64,000 nucleotides of DNA from Candidatus Micrarchaeota archaeon (GCA_040757035.1 JBFLYM010000003.1:1079-65078); one strand, 5' to 3'; numbered from the stretch's first letter, positions 42,939 to 53,593 are shown. Program-made: numbers and translations. The notes: generated by a model not told the origin, from the letters alone.

Positions 42939-44990
42939 ATGATGGCTTTTGATGAATCAAATTTAATAATATTTTCATTGAGCGCAGGAATATTAATTTT
43001 ATTCTACGCGCTCTATCTTGCATTGAAAGTGATAAGATCTTCAGCCGGAAGCGAAAAAATGCAGGATATCTCTAAAGCAATTCAAGAGGGCGCAAACGCA
43101 TTTCTCGCAAGACAATATAAAACACTCGCGCCATTTGCAATAGTTTTGAGTTTGATAATTCTATACTTTATTAATTGGCAAACCGCGCTCGCGTTTATAA
43201 TTGGAGTTTTGAGTTCTGCGCTCGCTGGATATATTGGTATGATGGTTTCTGTGCGCGCCAACGTGCGTGTAGCAGAAGCAGCCAAAAACGGACTTGCATC
43301 GGCACTTGATCTCGCGTTTAAAGGAGGCGCGGTTACAGGTATGGCGCTTGTTGGACTCGCTCTTGTTGCGTTAACCGTTCTTTATTTATTTTTTGGAAGA
43401 AATTTAACGCCAATGATTGGATTTGGTTTTGGAGCTTCGCTTATTTCTCTTTTTGCAAGAGTAGGAGGAGGCATATATACAAAAGCAGCTGATGTCGGCG
43501 CAGATTTAGTTGGAAAGATTGAAAAAGGAATTCCCGAAGACGATCCAAGAAATCCAGCAGTAATTGCGGATAACGTAGGAGATAATGTAGGAGATTGCGC
43601 TGGAATGGCTGCAGATGTTTATGAATCTTTTGTAGTTACTATAATAGCTGCAATGTTTCTTGGAAATGCGATCGCTCATCAATATCCTTTTGATGATAGG
43701 TTCACTGCGTTTACCGTGTTTCCGCTTTTAATTGCTGGAATAGGTGGACTCGCAAGTGTAATAGGTTCATTAGTTGTTCGCCTTAACAAATCGAATAAAG
43801 ATAAAAAAATAATGCGCGCGTTCTACTTAGGAATAGGCTTGGCTACCGCAATTACTATAATCGCGTCCTATTTCATATTATCTAATTACAATTGCATGAA
43901 CCTTTTCTTTTGCGTTATAGCCGGCTCAATGGCAACCATACTTATTTTTGGAATAACGGAATATTACACAGCAAAAGAACACTCTCCTGTTCAGCGGGTG
44001 GCGAATGCAGCAAAAACAGGCGCAGGAACAAATCTTATTCAAGGACTGGCGGTCGGAACACAAGCAACAGCGCTTCCTGTATTACTCATTATTATAGCTA
44101 TTGCAATTTCATTTAATCTCGGTTCAGCATATGGCGGAGTTCATGGAGGGATCTATGGAATAGCGCTTGCGGCTGCGGCAATGATTTCGCTTAGCGGTAT
44201 AATTATTGCGATCGACTCGTATGGACCTATTACAGATAATGCTGGAGGAATCGCAGAAATGTCCGGACTTCAAAAAGCGGTTCGCGAGGTTACAGATGAA
44301 TTAGATGCTGTTGGAAATACAACAAAAGCCACAACAAAAGGATTCGCGATAGCTGGTGCAGCGCTTGGTGCGCTTGCCTTGTTCTCCGCATTTGCGAACG
44401 AAGCCAAAATCGCTTCTATTAATTTATTGGAACCGGCAACAGTAATTGGTTTGTTTATTGGCGCTATGCTCCCTTTCCTTTTTACCAGTTTTCTTATGAC
44501 TGCGGTAGGAAGAGCAGCATTTTTTATAGTTGAAGAAGTTAGAAGACAATTTAAAGAAATAAAGGGTCTTATGGAAGGAACGGCAAGGCCTGATTATGCA
44601 CGCGCAGTAGATATTAGTACAAAAACTGCGCTTAACGAACTTCTTGTACCAGGTGCGCTTGCGGTTTTTGCACCTATAATTGTCGGATTGCTTTTTGGTG
44701 TTGGAGCGCTTGGAGGTTTTTTGGGAGGAATTATTGCGAGCGGTTTTTTGCTCGCCATTATGATGTGCACATCTGGCGCGACATGGGATAACGCAAAAAA
44801 ATATATAGAAGAAGGAAATTTTGGCGGAAAAGGCAGCGATGCGCACAAAGCAGCAATTGTTGGCGATACGGTTGGCGATCCGTTTAAAGACACCGCAGGT
44901 CCTGCACTTAATGCATTAATAAAAGTCGTGAACACAATTTCGCTATTGTTTGCTGGCTTAATTCTTACTTATGGGGTTCATTTGCTCTAA
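42939..44990 (+). CDS. hppA: Membrane-bound H+(or Na+)-translocating pyrophosphatase
   Basis: …GGGIYTKAADVGADLVGKIE…DNVGDNVGDCAGMAADV…DTVGDPFKDTAGP… signature motifs. Confidence 0.9.
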   Translation: MMAFDESNLIIFSLSAGILILFYALYLALKVIRSSAGSEKMQDISKAIQEGANAFLARQYKTLAPFAIVLSLIILYFINWQTALAFIIGVLSSALAGYIGMMVSVRANVRVAEAAKNGLASALDLAFKGGAVTGMALVGLALVALTVLYLFFGRNLTPMIGFGFGASLISLFARVGGGIYTKAADVGADLVGKIEKGIPEDDPRNPAVIADNVGDNVGDCAGMAADVYESFVVTIIAAMFLGNAIAHQYPFDDRFTAFTVFPLLIAGIGGLASVIGSLVVRLNKSNKDKKIMRAFYLGIGLATAITIIASYFILSNYNCMNLFFCVIAGSMATILIFGITEYYTAKEHSPVQRVANAAKTGAGTNLIQGLAVGTQATALPVLLIIIAIAISFNLGSAYGGVHGGIYGIALAAAAMISLSGIIIAIDSYGPITDNAGGIAEMSGLQKAVREVTDELDAVGNTTKATTKGFAIAGAALGALALFSAFANEAKIASINLLEPATVIGLFIGAMLPFLFTSFLMTAVGRAAFFIVEEVRRQFKEIKGLMEGTARPDYARAVDISTKTALNELLVPGALAVFAPIIVGLLFGVGALGGFLGGIIASGFLLAIMMCTSGATWDNAKKYIEEGNFGGKGSDAHKAAIVGDTVGDPFKDTAGPALNALIKVVNTISLLFAGLILTYGVHLL

Positions 44991-45014
44991 TGACAATTGA
45001 TGGTTGTGTATATT

Positions 45015-45087
45015 CCGCCAACCATAATACGCGTTTGTTCATTGATGGTACTCGAAAAACACCAAGCTACTTAGTTGGAGGAGTATA
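45015..45087. repeat. Copy B of the 73-bp direct repeat. It retains a remnant …IYTPPTK* of the 838-aa ORF C-terminus
   Basis: ccgccaaccataatacgcgtttgttcattgatggtactcgaaaaacaccaagctacttagttggaggagtata. Confidence 0.8.
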
Positions 45088-45121
45088 AATAAACTAAACG
45101 TATATTTTTATATAACTTTGG

Positions 45122-45778
45122 TTGATTAATATATTTATGATAATTCCACTTGAGAAAAGGCTTAAAAAAAGGATGCACGTTGAAATCGCACTTCTTCAGG
45201 ACGAAATAACCGAACTACTTTATGGAATAGAGAATGACATTATCCTTCATGGCGGAACTTCAGTGTGGAGATGTTATGGTGGGAATCGCTTTTCTGAGGA
45301 TCTGGATTTCTATTGCGCCAATGTCAAAAAGATAGAACACAACTTTAAAAAGGCAGCCAAAAGCAGAGGTCTTTCTATTTTGAAATTCAAAAAAACTAAA
45401 AACTTGATTTTCTGTAAAGTATCAAACAGAAACTCCGAAGTTAGAATTGAGATAAATTTTGCGCGATTGAAAACAGCAATCTCGAAACCATTTGAAAAAA
45501 CAGATGGTACGTTCATGGAAGTGTTGACGCTATCGCCTGAGGAGCTTGTACTTGAAAAAATCAGCGCTTATCAAAACAGGAGGTTTATACGCGACATCTA
45601 TGATATATACCATCTTTCAAACTATGTAAATGATGAAAAAATCGGCGAGAGGATGATAACGTTTTTCGCTTCTCTTGAAAAACCAGTTGATGAAGAAAAC
45701 CTAAATAGTATTGTATACTCGGGAAATGTGCCAGCGTTCAAACAAATCGTAGCAGCATTAAAGAGGCGTTATTCATGA
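45122..45778 (+). CDS. Nucleotidyltransferase of the AbiEii/AbiGii (DUF1814) toxin family
   Basis: …ILHGGTSVWRCYGGNRFSEDLDFY… NTase motif. The likely real ATG is at 45137. Confidence 0.6.
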   Translation: MINIFMIIPLEKRLKKRMHVEIALLQDEITELLYGIENDIILHGGTSVWRCYGGNRFSEDLDFYCANVKKIEHNFKKAAKSRGLSILKFKKTKNLIFCKVSNRNSEVRIEINFARLKTAISKPFEKTDGTFMEVLTLSPEELVLEKISAYQNRRFIRDIYDIYHLSNYVNDEKIGERMITFFASLEKPVDEENLNSIVYSGNVPAFKQIVAALKRRYS

Positions 45779-46359
45779 AATACATTGCTAAAGTGCGCGA
45801 GCATTTCAGGAGAGTTCCAGTATTCACTATTTCAGATCTTAAAGTGTTGTTCAGAAAAATAGGTATTTCAAAGAGCTATCTTCGGCTTCTCATTCACAAT
45901 CTACTCGCAAAAGGCGAAATAAAGAAAATTTCGCGCGGCATCTATAGTTTCAGGAGCGAAACAGAAGTCGTAGGTTTTGGCTTCAGGCCATTTTATTATG
46001 GATTGCAAGATGCGCTTTCACTTCATAATTTATGGGAGCAAGAAACAAACCCTGTTGTCATCACTCCTAGAAAAGTCAGAAGCGGAATAAGGAATTTTGA
46101 GGGCGCTAACTATGTAATTAGAAGAATAAAGCGCGAAATGTTTTTTGGATTCACGTTGATAAAATATAGTGATTTTTGGATTCCTGTTTCTAACATAGAG
46201 AAGACAGTTATTGATTTTGTGTATTTTAGGCAGCAACTAAATATCGAGGTTCTTAAGGAAATTAGAAAAAAACTAGATTGGAAAACCCTTAAATCATACC
46301 TAAAACGATGCCCTTTATGGGTGAAAAATGGTGTGTTGAAAGCGTGCGGTTTGTCTTGA
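45775..46359 (+). CDS. AbiEi-like winged-helix antitoxin/regulator
   Basis: N-terminal wHTH …LLIHNLLAKGEIKKISRGIYSF… typical of the AbiEi N-terminal domain. ATGA overlap with the upstream NTase gene. Confidence 0.5.
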   Translation: MKYIAKVREHFRRVPVFTISDLKVLFRKIGISKSYLRLLIHNLLAKGEIKKISRGIYSFRSETEVVGFGFRPFYYGLQDALSLHNLWEQETNPVVITPRKVRSGIRNFEGANYVIRRIKREMFFGFTLIKYSDFWIPVSNIEKTVIDFVYFRQQLNIEVLKEIRKKLDWKTLKSYLKRCPLWVKNGVLKACGLS

Positions 46360-46397
46360 CTTTACAAAAATTTTTTAAACTTCGGTTTGAGACGAGC

Positions 46398-47039
46398 TCA
46401 AGCCTGACTTTCAAGTTTTCTTTTTATTACTTTGAGAGAAACGAAACTATCCCGTTCAAGTTCATCAAGCTTAAACGAAATTATTTTTTTCTGCCCATCA
46501 AGAAAAGGAATCACAATATATTCAAGCGAGTTTACGCGCCTTTTGGTTTTTTCTATTTCACTGATAAGCCGTTTTATTGCGATTTCCGTCTCAGCAAGTT
46601 GGAGCGCCATATTAAACACTTCTTCATATTCTTCTATACAATGTTCAAGCATTGAAGTAGTGCTAGAAATAGAATATCCTTTGCTGGGATATGTTCGCGT
46701 TTCGATATTTGGAGTGAGATGCGGAATTTTCACACCCATAACATTTTTAACTTCTATATCCACATCCATTACTCGCGCGCTCGCAAGCGAAATCGCTTCA
46801 AGCTCAAATGCGGAGTGATACGCGTTCGCAACAGCCAGTGCAGAATATGCGCCTTTCATTTTTATGTTTAATTTACTTCTTATGTCCTTTGATTTCTTAA
46901 GAATTTCAAAAAATTCAAGAATGAGCGCATCGCGTTTTTGCTTTAAAAGTTTATGCCCTTTTTTCGCAAGCGCAATACGTTCCTTTATTTTTAAAAGTTC
47001 CATTCGCGTTGGATTCGGTTGTTGTTCAATCAATATCAT
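46398..47039 (-). CDS. atpD: A/V-type ATP synthase subunit D
   Basis: …PTRMELLKIKERIALAKKGHKLLKQKRDALI… subunit D signature. Confidence 0.85.
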   Translation of the reverse strand: MILIEQQPNPTRMELLKIKERIALAKKGHKLLKQKRDALILEFFEILKKSKDIRSKLNIKMKGAYSALAVANAYHSAFELEAISLASARVMDVDIEVKNVMGVKIPHLTPNIETRTYPSKGYSISSTTSMLEHCIEEYEEVFNMALQLAETEIAIKRLISEIEKTKRRVNSLEYIVIPFLDGQKKIISFKLDELERDSFVSLKVIKRKLESQA

Positions 47040-47063
47040 CCACTCTGTGTTTGGATACCATCT

Positions 47064-48488
47064 TTATACCGCTTTTTGGGATTGAGGTTTAATTTGGTTA
47101 ATTTGATTAAGATATTTTGCGATATGTTCGCGTTTCACTCGCTTAAGTTCTTCCTCTGGCAATGATGATAAAAGGTTCCAACCCAAATCAAGTGTTTGTT
47201 CTATGCCTCTATCCTCATACGAACCTTGGCGCACAAATTTATTCTCAAATTCATCTGCAAAACGCAAATATTTTCTGTCAATATCTGTTAGCGCTTCTTC
47301 TCCAACAACAGCACTCAGGCTTCTTAAATCCCGTCCCGTTGCATATGCTGCATACATTTGATCCGACACTCCTTTGTGATCTTCGCGCGTTTTTTGCGCT
47401 CCGATACCGAGATTCATAAGCCTTGAAAGCGAAGGAAGTACATCAACGGGTGGATATATATTTTTTCTATGCAAATCGCGTGCGAGTACAATTTGTCCTT
47501 CTGTGATATAACCCGTAAGGTCAGGAATTGGGTGCGTTTTGTCATCACCAGGCATGGTAAGTATTGAAAACTGAGTGACAGTACCTTTTCTTCCACGCAC
47601 ACGGCCGGCGCGTTCATAAATACTCGCAAGATCTGTGTACATATAACCGGGATAGCCTCTTCTTCCAGGTACTTCCTGCCGCGCCGCGGCGATCTCACGA
47701 AGCGATTCGCAGTAATTTGTCATATCTGTAATTATTGTAAGCACGTGCATATCATGCGTAAACGCCAAATATTCGGCAGCAGTGAGCGCAATTCGCGGCG
47801 TTATAAGGCGCTCCACGCTTGGGTCATTAGCAAGGTTCAAAAAAATTGCTGATTTTTCTAATGCGCCGGTTCGTTCAAAATCGCGCATAAAAAATGACGC
47901 TTCTTCATGAGTAATTCCTATCGCGGCAAAAACAACCGCAAATTCCTCTTCAGTTCCGCGTACTTTTGCTTGTCTTGCGATTTGCGCAGCGAGTTGGTTG
48001 TGCGGCAAACCAGAAACCGAAAAAATAGGTAGCTTCTGCCCACGCACCAATGTGTTCATCGCATCAATAGTTGAAATTCCGGTTTGAATAAAATCAGCAG
48101 GACTTTCACGTGAGTATGGATTAATAGGCAGCCCATTGATATCTAATTTTTCTTCAGGAATAATTTTCGGACCTTTATCCTTTGGTTCGCCCAAACCAGT
48201 AAATATTCTTCCAAGCATGTCGGATGAAAACGCCACCCGCATGCTATCTCCTAAAAATTTTACAGAGGTTTGTGAAGTGTTTATTCCAGTTGTGGTTCCA
48301 AAAACTTGAATTACCGCAATGCCTTCACTTACATCCAACACCTGCCCCTTTTTCCTTTCTCCGGATGGAAGAACGATTTCAACTATTTCATTATAACTTA
48401 CTCCACTCACTCCTTCAATAAATACAAGTGGACCTGCAATCTGATTTATTGTTTTATATTCCTTTATATATTCTTTCATCCCAATCAC
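47064..48488 (-). CDS. atpB: A/V-type ATP synthase subunit B
   Basis: …[11 protein letters not shown]…[15 protein letters not shown]… non-catalytic B subunit. Confidence 0.9.
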   Translation of the reverse strand: MIGMKEYIKEYKTINQIAGPLVFIEGVSGVSYNEIVEIVLPSGERKKGQVLDVSEGIAVIQVFGTTTGINTSQTSVKFLGDSMRVAFSSDMLGRIFTGLGEPKDKGPKIIPEEKLDINGLPINPYSRESPADFIQTGISTIDAMNTLVRGQKLPIFSVSGLPHNQLAAQIARQAKVRGTEEEFAVVFAAIGITHEEASFFMRDFERTGALEKSAIFLNLANDPSVERLITPRIALTAAEYLAFTHDMHVLTIITDMTNYCESLREIAAARQEVPGRRGYPGYMYTDLASIYERAGRVRGRKGTVTQFSILTMPGDDKTHPIPDLTGYITEGQIVLARDLHRKNIYPPVDVLPSLSRLMNLGIGAQKTREDHKGVSDQMYAAYATGRDLRSLSAVVGEEALTDIDRKYLRFADEFENKFVRQGSYEDRGIEQTLDLGWNLLSSLPEEELKRVKREHIAKYLNQINQIKPQSQKAV

Positions 48489-48604
48489 TCGTAATTAATT
48501 GTTTAGATACTATTCGTTGCTATTCGTTGCCACGTTAAATCTAAATCATCAGCCATATATTTCATCTCAAAATTTATAATTTTTATAACTTTCCGACTCT
48601 ATGG

Positions 48605-49153
48605 CTACTTAGATTTAATTCCTGTCAATACTTCTAATGCAGTTGAAATTCTTTCTAGAACAAGTGAAATTTTTCCGTATTTTTGCTCCATCACATCGAA
48701 TTTATTTACCGTATCCTTGTGAAATTCGTCTAATTTTCCAATAGTTTGTTTGTGAAATTCGTCTAATTTTCCAATAGTTTGGTCTTGCTTTCCTAACATC
48801 TGATCTTGTTTTTCCAATATCTTATAAAGGAAATTACCGGCAACGTCAATCCTTTCCCCCAATTCCTCGTTTGGTTCTCCTCTTAGTATTTTAAAATACT
48901 TAAATTCGCCCGTTGCTTTTTCTTCACGAATGTCTATTTTTTCAACTTCAATTGCAGGACCACTTATCTTGATCAGTTTTAAAAATTCATCAAGACGTTT
49001 CTCTTCCCCTTCTGCTACAATCTCGACAGAAACATCATCTTCTAGATTTCTTACTGTTCCTTTTATTCCGATTTTTCTAGCCAACTCTGCAACTGCATCT
49101 CTGTAACCTACTCTTTGAACACGCCCATAAACGTTTATTATCAATCGTTTCAT
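48605..49153 (-). CDS. Acylphosphatase-domain protein with a C-terminal tandem-repeat coiled-coil tail, inserted in the ATPase operon
   Basis: …INVYGRVQRVGYRDAVAELARKIGIKGTVRNLEDDVSVEIVAEGEE… acylphosphatase signature. The C-terminus has QTIGKLDEFHK x2, encoded by a 33-bp DNA tandem repeat. Confidence 0.55.
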   Translation of the reverse strand: MKRLIINVYGRVQRVGYRDAVAELARKIGIKGTVRNLEDDVSVEIVAEGEEKRLDEFLKLIKISGPAIEVEKIDIREEKATGEFKYFKILRGEPNEELGERIDVAGNFLYKILEKQDQMLGKQDQTIGKLDEFHKQTIGKLDEFHKDTVNKFDVMEQKYGKISLVLERISTALEVLTGIKSK

Positions 49154-49212
49154 TTATCGCACCAATTACCAATCAATTCCATCCCATTGAATATTTTTAA
49201 TCCTATCTTTTC

Positions 49213-50991
49213 CTATTTTTTTGCAATTTCGCCAAAAGAAATATCGATCTCTTTGTGAAGCTCAAAAAGTTTTTCCAGTTCATTTTCCTTTATTTCTTTC
49301 ATTCTTCCAATCTTCGCAATTATTGGCATAGTTTGAATTTTTTTGAGATGTGTTCCTATATCAATGGCATGGATTGCTTTTTCATGGAAGAATATTATAT
49401 TTTTGAGCATTAAATATTGCTTTTTAAAGCTCGCTTTTGCATCAATATCGCTGTATGCGTTTTGTTGGAGAAAATCTTCTCTTAACATTTTTGTGATAAG
49501 AAGAATAACTTGCTCTTTGTCTGGAAGCGCATCTGGTCCAACCAATTGCACAATTTCCTGCAGTTCTGCTTCCTTTTGAAGAAGCTCCATTGCCTTATCT
49601 CGCATTCCTGGAAATTCATTGGCAACATTTATTCTGAGCCATTCATCCAAACTATCTTTGTAAAGAGAATAACTTTTGAGCCAGTTTATTGCAGGAAAAT
49701 GCCTTCGTTGTGCGAGCGAAGCGTCAAGCGCAAGAAATACTTTTGTAACTCTAAGCGTATTTTGCGAAACCGGTTCGCTGATATCTCCTCCTGGCGGAGA
49801 CACCGCTCCGATTATTGAAATTGAGCCGTATCTCTCATCTTTTCCAAGCGTCTGCACTCTTCCAGCCCTTTCATAAAATTCCGCGAGTTTTCTTGCTAAA
49901 TAAGCGGGATAACCTTCTTCTCCGGGCATTTCTTCTAATCTTCCTCCGATTTCGCGAAGCGCTTCTGCCCATCTGCTTGTTGAATCAGCCATAAGCGCGA
50001 CATTATATCCCATATCGCGATAATACTCTGCAATTGTAATTCCAGTGTATATGCTTGCCTCGCGCGCAGCAACAGGCATGTTAGAAGTATTCGCGATAAG
50101 TACCGTCCGTTCCATGAGCGGTTTTCCTGTTTTATCATCTTTTAAGTGTGGAAATTCGGTTAATACTTCGGTCATTTCATTTCCGCGTTCTCCGCATCCG
50201 ATATAAACAACTATCTCTGTGTCAGAATATTTGGCAAGGCTCTGCTGGGTTACTGTTTTTCCAGAGCCAAATGGTCCTGGAATGCACGCGGTTCCGCCTT
50301 TTGAAATCGGAAAAAAACTATCTATCACTCTTTGTCCGGTAATGAGCGGTATTATTGGTGGAAATTTTTCAGCGTAAGGTCTTGGAAGTCGCACAAACCA
50401 TTTTTGGTACATATATAAATTTTTCTCCTTCCCTTCAACAACCATTTCGCCAATTTTTTCCTCAATTGTATATTTTCCGCTTTTTATCTTTTGTATTGTT
50501 CCCTCATATGGTGAGAGTATTTTGTGCAATATAAGTTCTGTTTCCTGCACTTCTCCGATTATATCCCCAACTTTTACTCGTTCGCCTACTTTTGTTTTTG
50601 CAACAAAATCCCATTTTATATCGCGTGGAAGAGAGGGCACATTAATTCCTCGCGTAATATAATGCCCACTTTTTGCTTCTATATCCTTTAGCGGGCGCTG
50701 AATTCCATCATAGATATTTTTTAATAATCCCGGTCCAAGCTCTACGCTTAGCGGTTGTCCAGTATTTTCTACGCGCTCGCCTGGTTTAAGGCCTGAACTA
50801 TCTTCATAAACTTGCACTATGCACGTATTTCCGACTATTTTGATAATTTCCCCGATAAGTCCTTGTTTTCCGACTCGTACAACATCGTAAAGCTTCGCGT
50901 CTTTAAGGTCGTTTGCCTCTACAACAGGTCCTGAAATTCTTTTTAAATATCCTTCTTTGACTTCTCTTTTTGCGCCGTCCATATTTATCAC
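49213..50991 (-). CDS. atpA: A/V-type ATP synthase catalytic subunit A (no intein)
   Basis: Walker [10 protein letters not shown]. …[21 protein letters not shown]…. Confidence 0.9.
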   Translation of the reverse strand: MINMDGAKREVKEGYLKRISGPVVEANDLKDAKLYDVVRVGKQGLIGEIIKIVGNTCIVQVYEDSSGLKPGERVENTGQPLSVELGPGLLKNIYDGIQRPLKDIEAKSGHYITRGINVPSLPRDIKWDFVAKTKVGERVKVGDIIGEVQETELILHKILSPYEGTIQKIKSGKYTIEEKIGEMVVEGKEKNLYMYQKWFVRLPRPYAEKFPPIIPLITGQRVIDSFFPISKGGTACIPGPFGSGKTVTQQSLAKYSDTEIVVYIGCGERGNEMTEVLTEFPHLKDDKTGKPLMERTVLIANTSNMPVAAREASIYTGITIAEYYRDMGYNVALMADSTSRWAEALREIGGRLEEMPGEEGYPAYLARKLAEFYERAGRVQTLGKDERYGSISIIGAVSPPGGDISEPVSQNTLRVTKVFLALDASLAQRRHFPAINWLKSYSLYKDSLDEWLRINVANEFPGMRDKAMELLQKEAELQEIVQLVGPDALPDKEQVILLITKMLREDFLQQNAYSDIDAKASFKKQYLMLKNIIFFHEKAIHAIDIGTHLKKIQTMPIIAKIGRMKEIKENELEKLFELHKEIDISFGEIAKK

Positions 50992-51050
50992 TTTATCAGT
51001 TTATTACTACCACTTTGTTACAATACTATCTATCTTACAATATTATTTGT

Positions 51051-51395
51051 CTATTTCGTAATTACATCAAAGCCAAGCGCTCTTTTTATCAGCGCCTTTA
51101 TGTTCGCAGCTTCTTTACTTTCACCTGTAATATCTGGCAGCGGAACAATAACTGGATAAGCAAGAGTAGAAATTTTTTTCTTGATTTTCCAATCCATTTG
51201 TTCGCTAAGTTTTTCGCTTATGTATATAACAGAATATTGTTTTGAATCTATCAATTCTATAAGTTTTTGTTCGCTACTGCTCTCTCCTTCTCCTTCCTTC
51301 CCTTCCCGAATAGTAAAAACATTTTGTACTCCGGCCAGCATAAAGCCAATGGTGAAATGATGTTCGCCAAGCACGGCTATTTTCCCAATTGTCAT
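51051..51395 (-). CDS. atpF: A/V-type ATP synthase subunit F
   Basis: …KIAVLGEHHFTIGFMLAGV…; operon context. Confidence 0.75.
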   Translation of the reverse strand: MTIGKIAVLGEHHFTIGFMLAGVQNVFTIREGKEGEGESSSEQKLIELIDSKQYSVIYISEKLSEQMDWKIKKKISTLAYPVIVPLPDITGESKEAANIKALIKRALGFDVITK

Positions 51396-51492
51396 TTTAT
51401 CATCTTTGTGATTAGTTGATCGAGTTTGGTTGAATGTATTACGTATGGATTAAATTATGGATTAATTACGGATTAAATACAAATTTATGAAT

Positions 51493-52632
51493 TTACGAAT
51501 TCGGAAATATAAGCATCTCGCTGATTTTTTCATCAGGCATGCCAAATTCTTTTCCTATTGCTATTTTCCTTAAATTGTTTATCTCCTCCTCTTTAATAAA
51601 TAAAAAACTGAATATCGCTCCTATTGACAGTATAGAACGATAGAATACTGCTAATTTTGCCGAAGCAAATTTTCTATTTAGCATCATTTCAAGTTCAACG
51701 ACATTCGCAGGCGCATTTTCAAATCCAAATTTTTTTCCAACATGCATCAAACCATCGCGCATATCCTTTGCATCAATTAATTCTGCAAACGAGCCGAACT
51801 GTTTTAATCCTCCTTTTATAAAATATTTTGCTATTTCATTCGGGTTATTTATTCCGTGCTGTTTGAGTCTGACAATGATCAATGCATTTTTGAAATCTAT
51901 TTCGCGCCTGAATAATTTTGCTATTGTTTCAAATTCTTTTGCGGAGAATTTTCCAATAGAACTGTAAAGCGAATAATAAAACATATCCAATAATGCTTCT
52001 AATTTCATCACTTCAGTCGTTCCCATGTACCGAAAGAGTTTTTCAAGTTCTGCACCGAAAATTGCGGTATTCGAAACAAATTTTCTACCTAAATTTGTTT
52101 TTGCAAATTTAGAAAAAAATTCTCCTTCTTCGCTAAGCAATCCTTTGATTTCGGCTTCTGTAAATGAACCTATTGGGATTATGTGCGGTGCGATTTCTTC
52201 ATACTTTTTTCCTATGCGTTTTGCATTAAGAATAGTTTTTGCATTTATCAAATCCCATTTCATTAATATAACTCCAAACGCTTCTTTATCGCTTTCTGGA
52301 GTTATGCGTTCAAGCTTGTTTACAATTTCGGCAAAATGCATTGAAGTTGCAATCTGCACAAGATCAGAACCATGGTAATGAATGGAAAACTTCACAAGGT
52401 TATCTTTATAGTAAGTTCGTTCCAACATTTCTATAACTGAATATACATTACCTAAATGCGTTAGTCCGATTAAAAATTCTTTATTCAAAAGCAATCCTTT
52501 CATTGCACCGACGCGGGCATTGGAATAACCGTATTTTGCAGCTTTTAAAGTTGGTAGCGCTATTTTTCCGCTCTTTCTTGTTCCAGAAAATTCAAATTTT
52601 TTTACATGTGTAAATAAACTCGGTTTTATCAT
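51493..52632 (-). CDS. atpC: A/V-type ATP synthase subunit C (V0 d-like)
   Basis: Helical ~380 aa with AtpC-like features (…YGYSNARVGAMKGLLL…). Operon position between E and F. Confidence 0.75.
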   Translation of the reverse strand: MIKPSLFTHVKKFEFSGTRKSGKIALPTLKAAKYGYSNARVGAMKGLLLNKEFLIGLTHLGNVYSVIEMLERTYYKDNLVKFSIHYHGSDLVQIATSMHFAEIVNKLERITPESDKEAFGVILMKWDLINAKTILNAKRIGKKYEEIAPHIIPIGSFTEAEIKGLLSEEGEFFSKFAKTNLGRKFVSNTAIFGAELEKLFRYMGTTEVMKLEALLDMFYYSLYSSIGKFSAKEFETIAKLFRREIDFKNALIIVRLKQHGINNPNEIAKYFIKGGLKQFGSFAELIDAKDMRDGLMHVGKKFGFENAPANVVELEMMLNRKFASAKLAVFYRSILSIGAIFSFLFIKEEEINNLRKIAIGKEFGMPDEKISEMLIFPNS

Positions 52633-52689
52633 ATTATCATACAGTAGTTGTTTGAATACGTAGCCTTTTTTCCTTTTTCTCTTTTTTTC

Positions 52690-53274
52690 CTAATTTTTCA
52701 TTTTTACTTCAAACATTCTTTTGTAGATCTCCTTTCTTAGCGCATCCTTTTGAAGATTAAGCAATTCTTCAAGACAGAGATTAATTCTAATTTTTCCATC
52801 TTTGCTTTCAACTATCGCACCACCAATTATATCGGCATCTCCAACTATTTTTGCGCAGGGAATTGCAAATCTTTTTTCGCCATTTTTTACTCGCACAACC
52901 ACGTTTCCGCCCAATTCGTTTACAGCGCTGCTAATCATTTGTTTCATTTTGTTAACATATTGTTCAGTAGTTGTGTAAGAATTCATTTTTTCAAGAAGTG
53001 TGTCAAATACTGTGTTCACAGCATCTTCTTTTGCATCGCTAAGGATTCTTTTTGATTCAAGTTTCGCCCAACTAAGCCGTTCGCGCTTTTCATTTTCAAT
53101 CAAAGTTTTGGCTTCTTGGAGTGCGATAGCAACCTTCGCTTCGCCATCAGACTTTATTTTAGTAAAATCTGCTTCAAGCTCACTCTCAGCTTTGCGAAGC
53201 GAAGCTTCGCCTTCTGCTTTAGCATTTTTAAGGATATTTTCTTTAATATCGCTTAGCATTTTACATCTTCCCAA
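52690..53274 (-). CDS. atpE: A/V-type ATP synthase subunit E
   Basis: N-terminal long coiled-coil plus a C-terminal globular domain. Operon position. Confidence 0.75.
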   Translation of the reverse strand: MGRCKMLSDIKENILKNAKAEGEASLRKAESELEADFTKIKSDGEAKVAIALQEAKTLIENEKRERLSWAKLESKRILSDAKEDAVNTVFDTLLEKMNSYTTTEQYVNKMKQMISSAVNELGGNVVVRVKNGEKRFAIPCAKIVGDADIIGGAIVESKDGKIRINLCLEELLNLQKDALRKEIYKRMFEVKMKN

Positions 53275-53515
53275 AGAGCATAAACGCTATTACAAATCCA
53301 AACAACACAAGAGTCTCAGGAATAAGATAATAGAGAAGTAATCTTCCGTATTCATTCGGTTTTTCTGCAATAACCCCTATTATGCTTGAACCTACACTAC
53401 TTTGAGCCAAACCAGTTCCTATTGCACCTCCTAATATGGCAAGTCCTGCTCCAAGTGCAATCAATCCTTCTTTTGCTACTCCTCCTACTATTTCTGCATC
53501 GGGCATATATTTCAC
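53261..53515 (-). CDS. atpK: A/V-type ATP synthase proteolipid subunit K (c)
   Basis: Two-helix hairpin …ALGAGLAILGGAIGTGLAQ… with a conserved E in helix 2 (…YLIPETLVLFG…). Confidence 0.85.
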   Translation of the reverse strand: MKYMPDAEIVGGVAKEGLIALGAGLAILGGAIGTGLAQSSVGSSIIGVIAEKPNEYGRLLLYYLIPETLVLFGFVIAFMLFGKM

Positions 53516-53593
53516 CTCATTTTTTAACTCATTTTTTTATTTGTTTTTATTTTTTTCGTTTTTTTTCATTTTTTAATGCTTTTTTAATTGATT

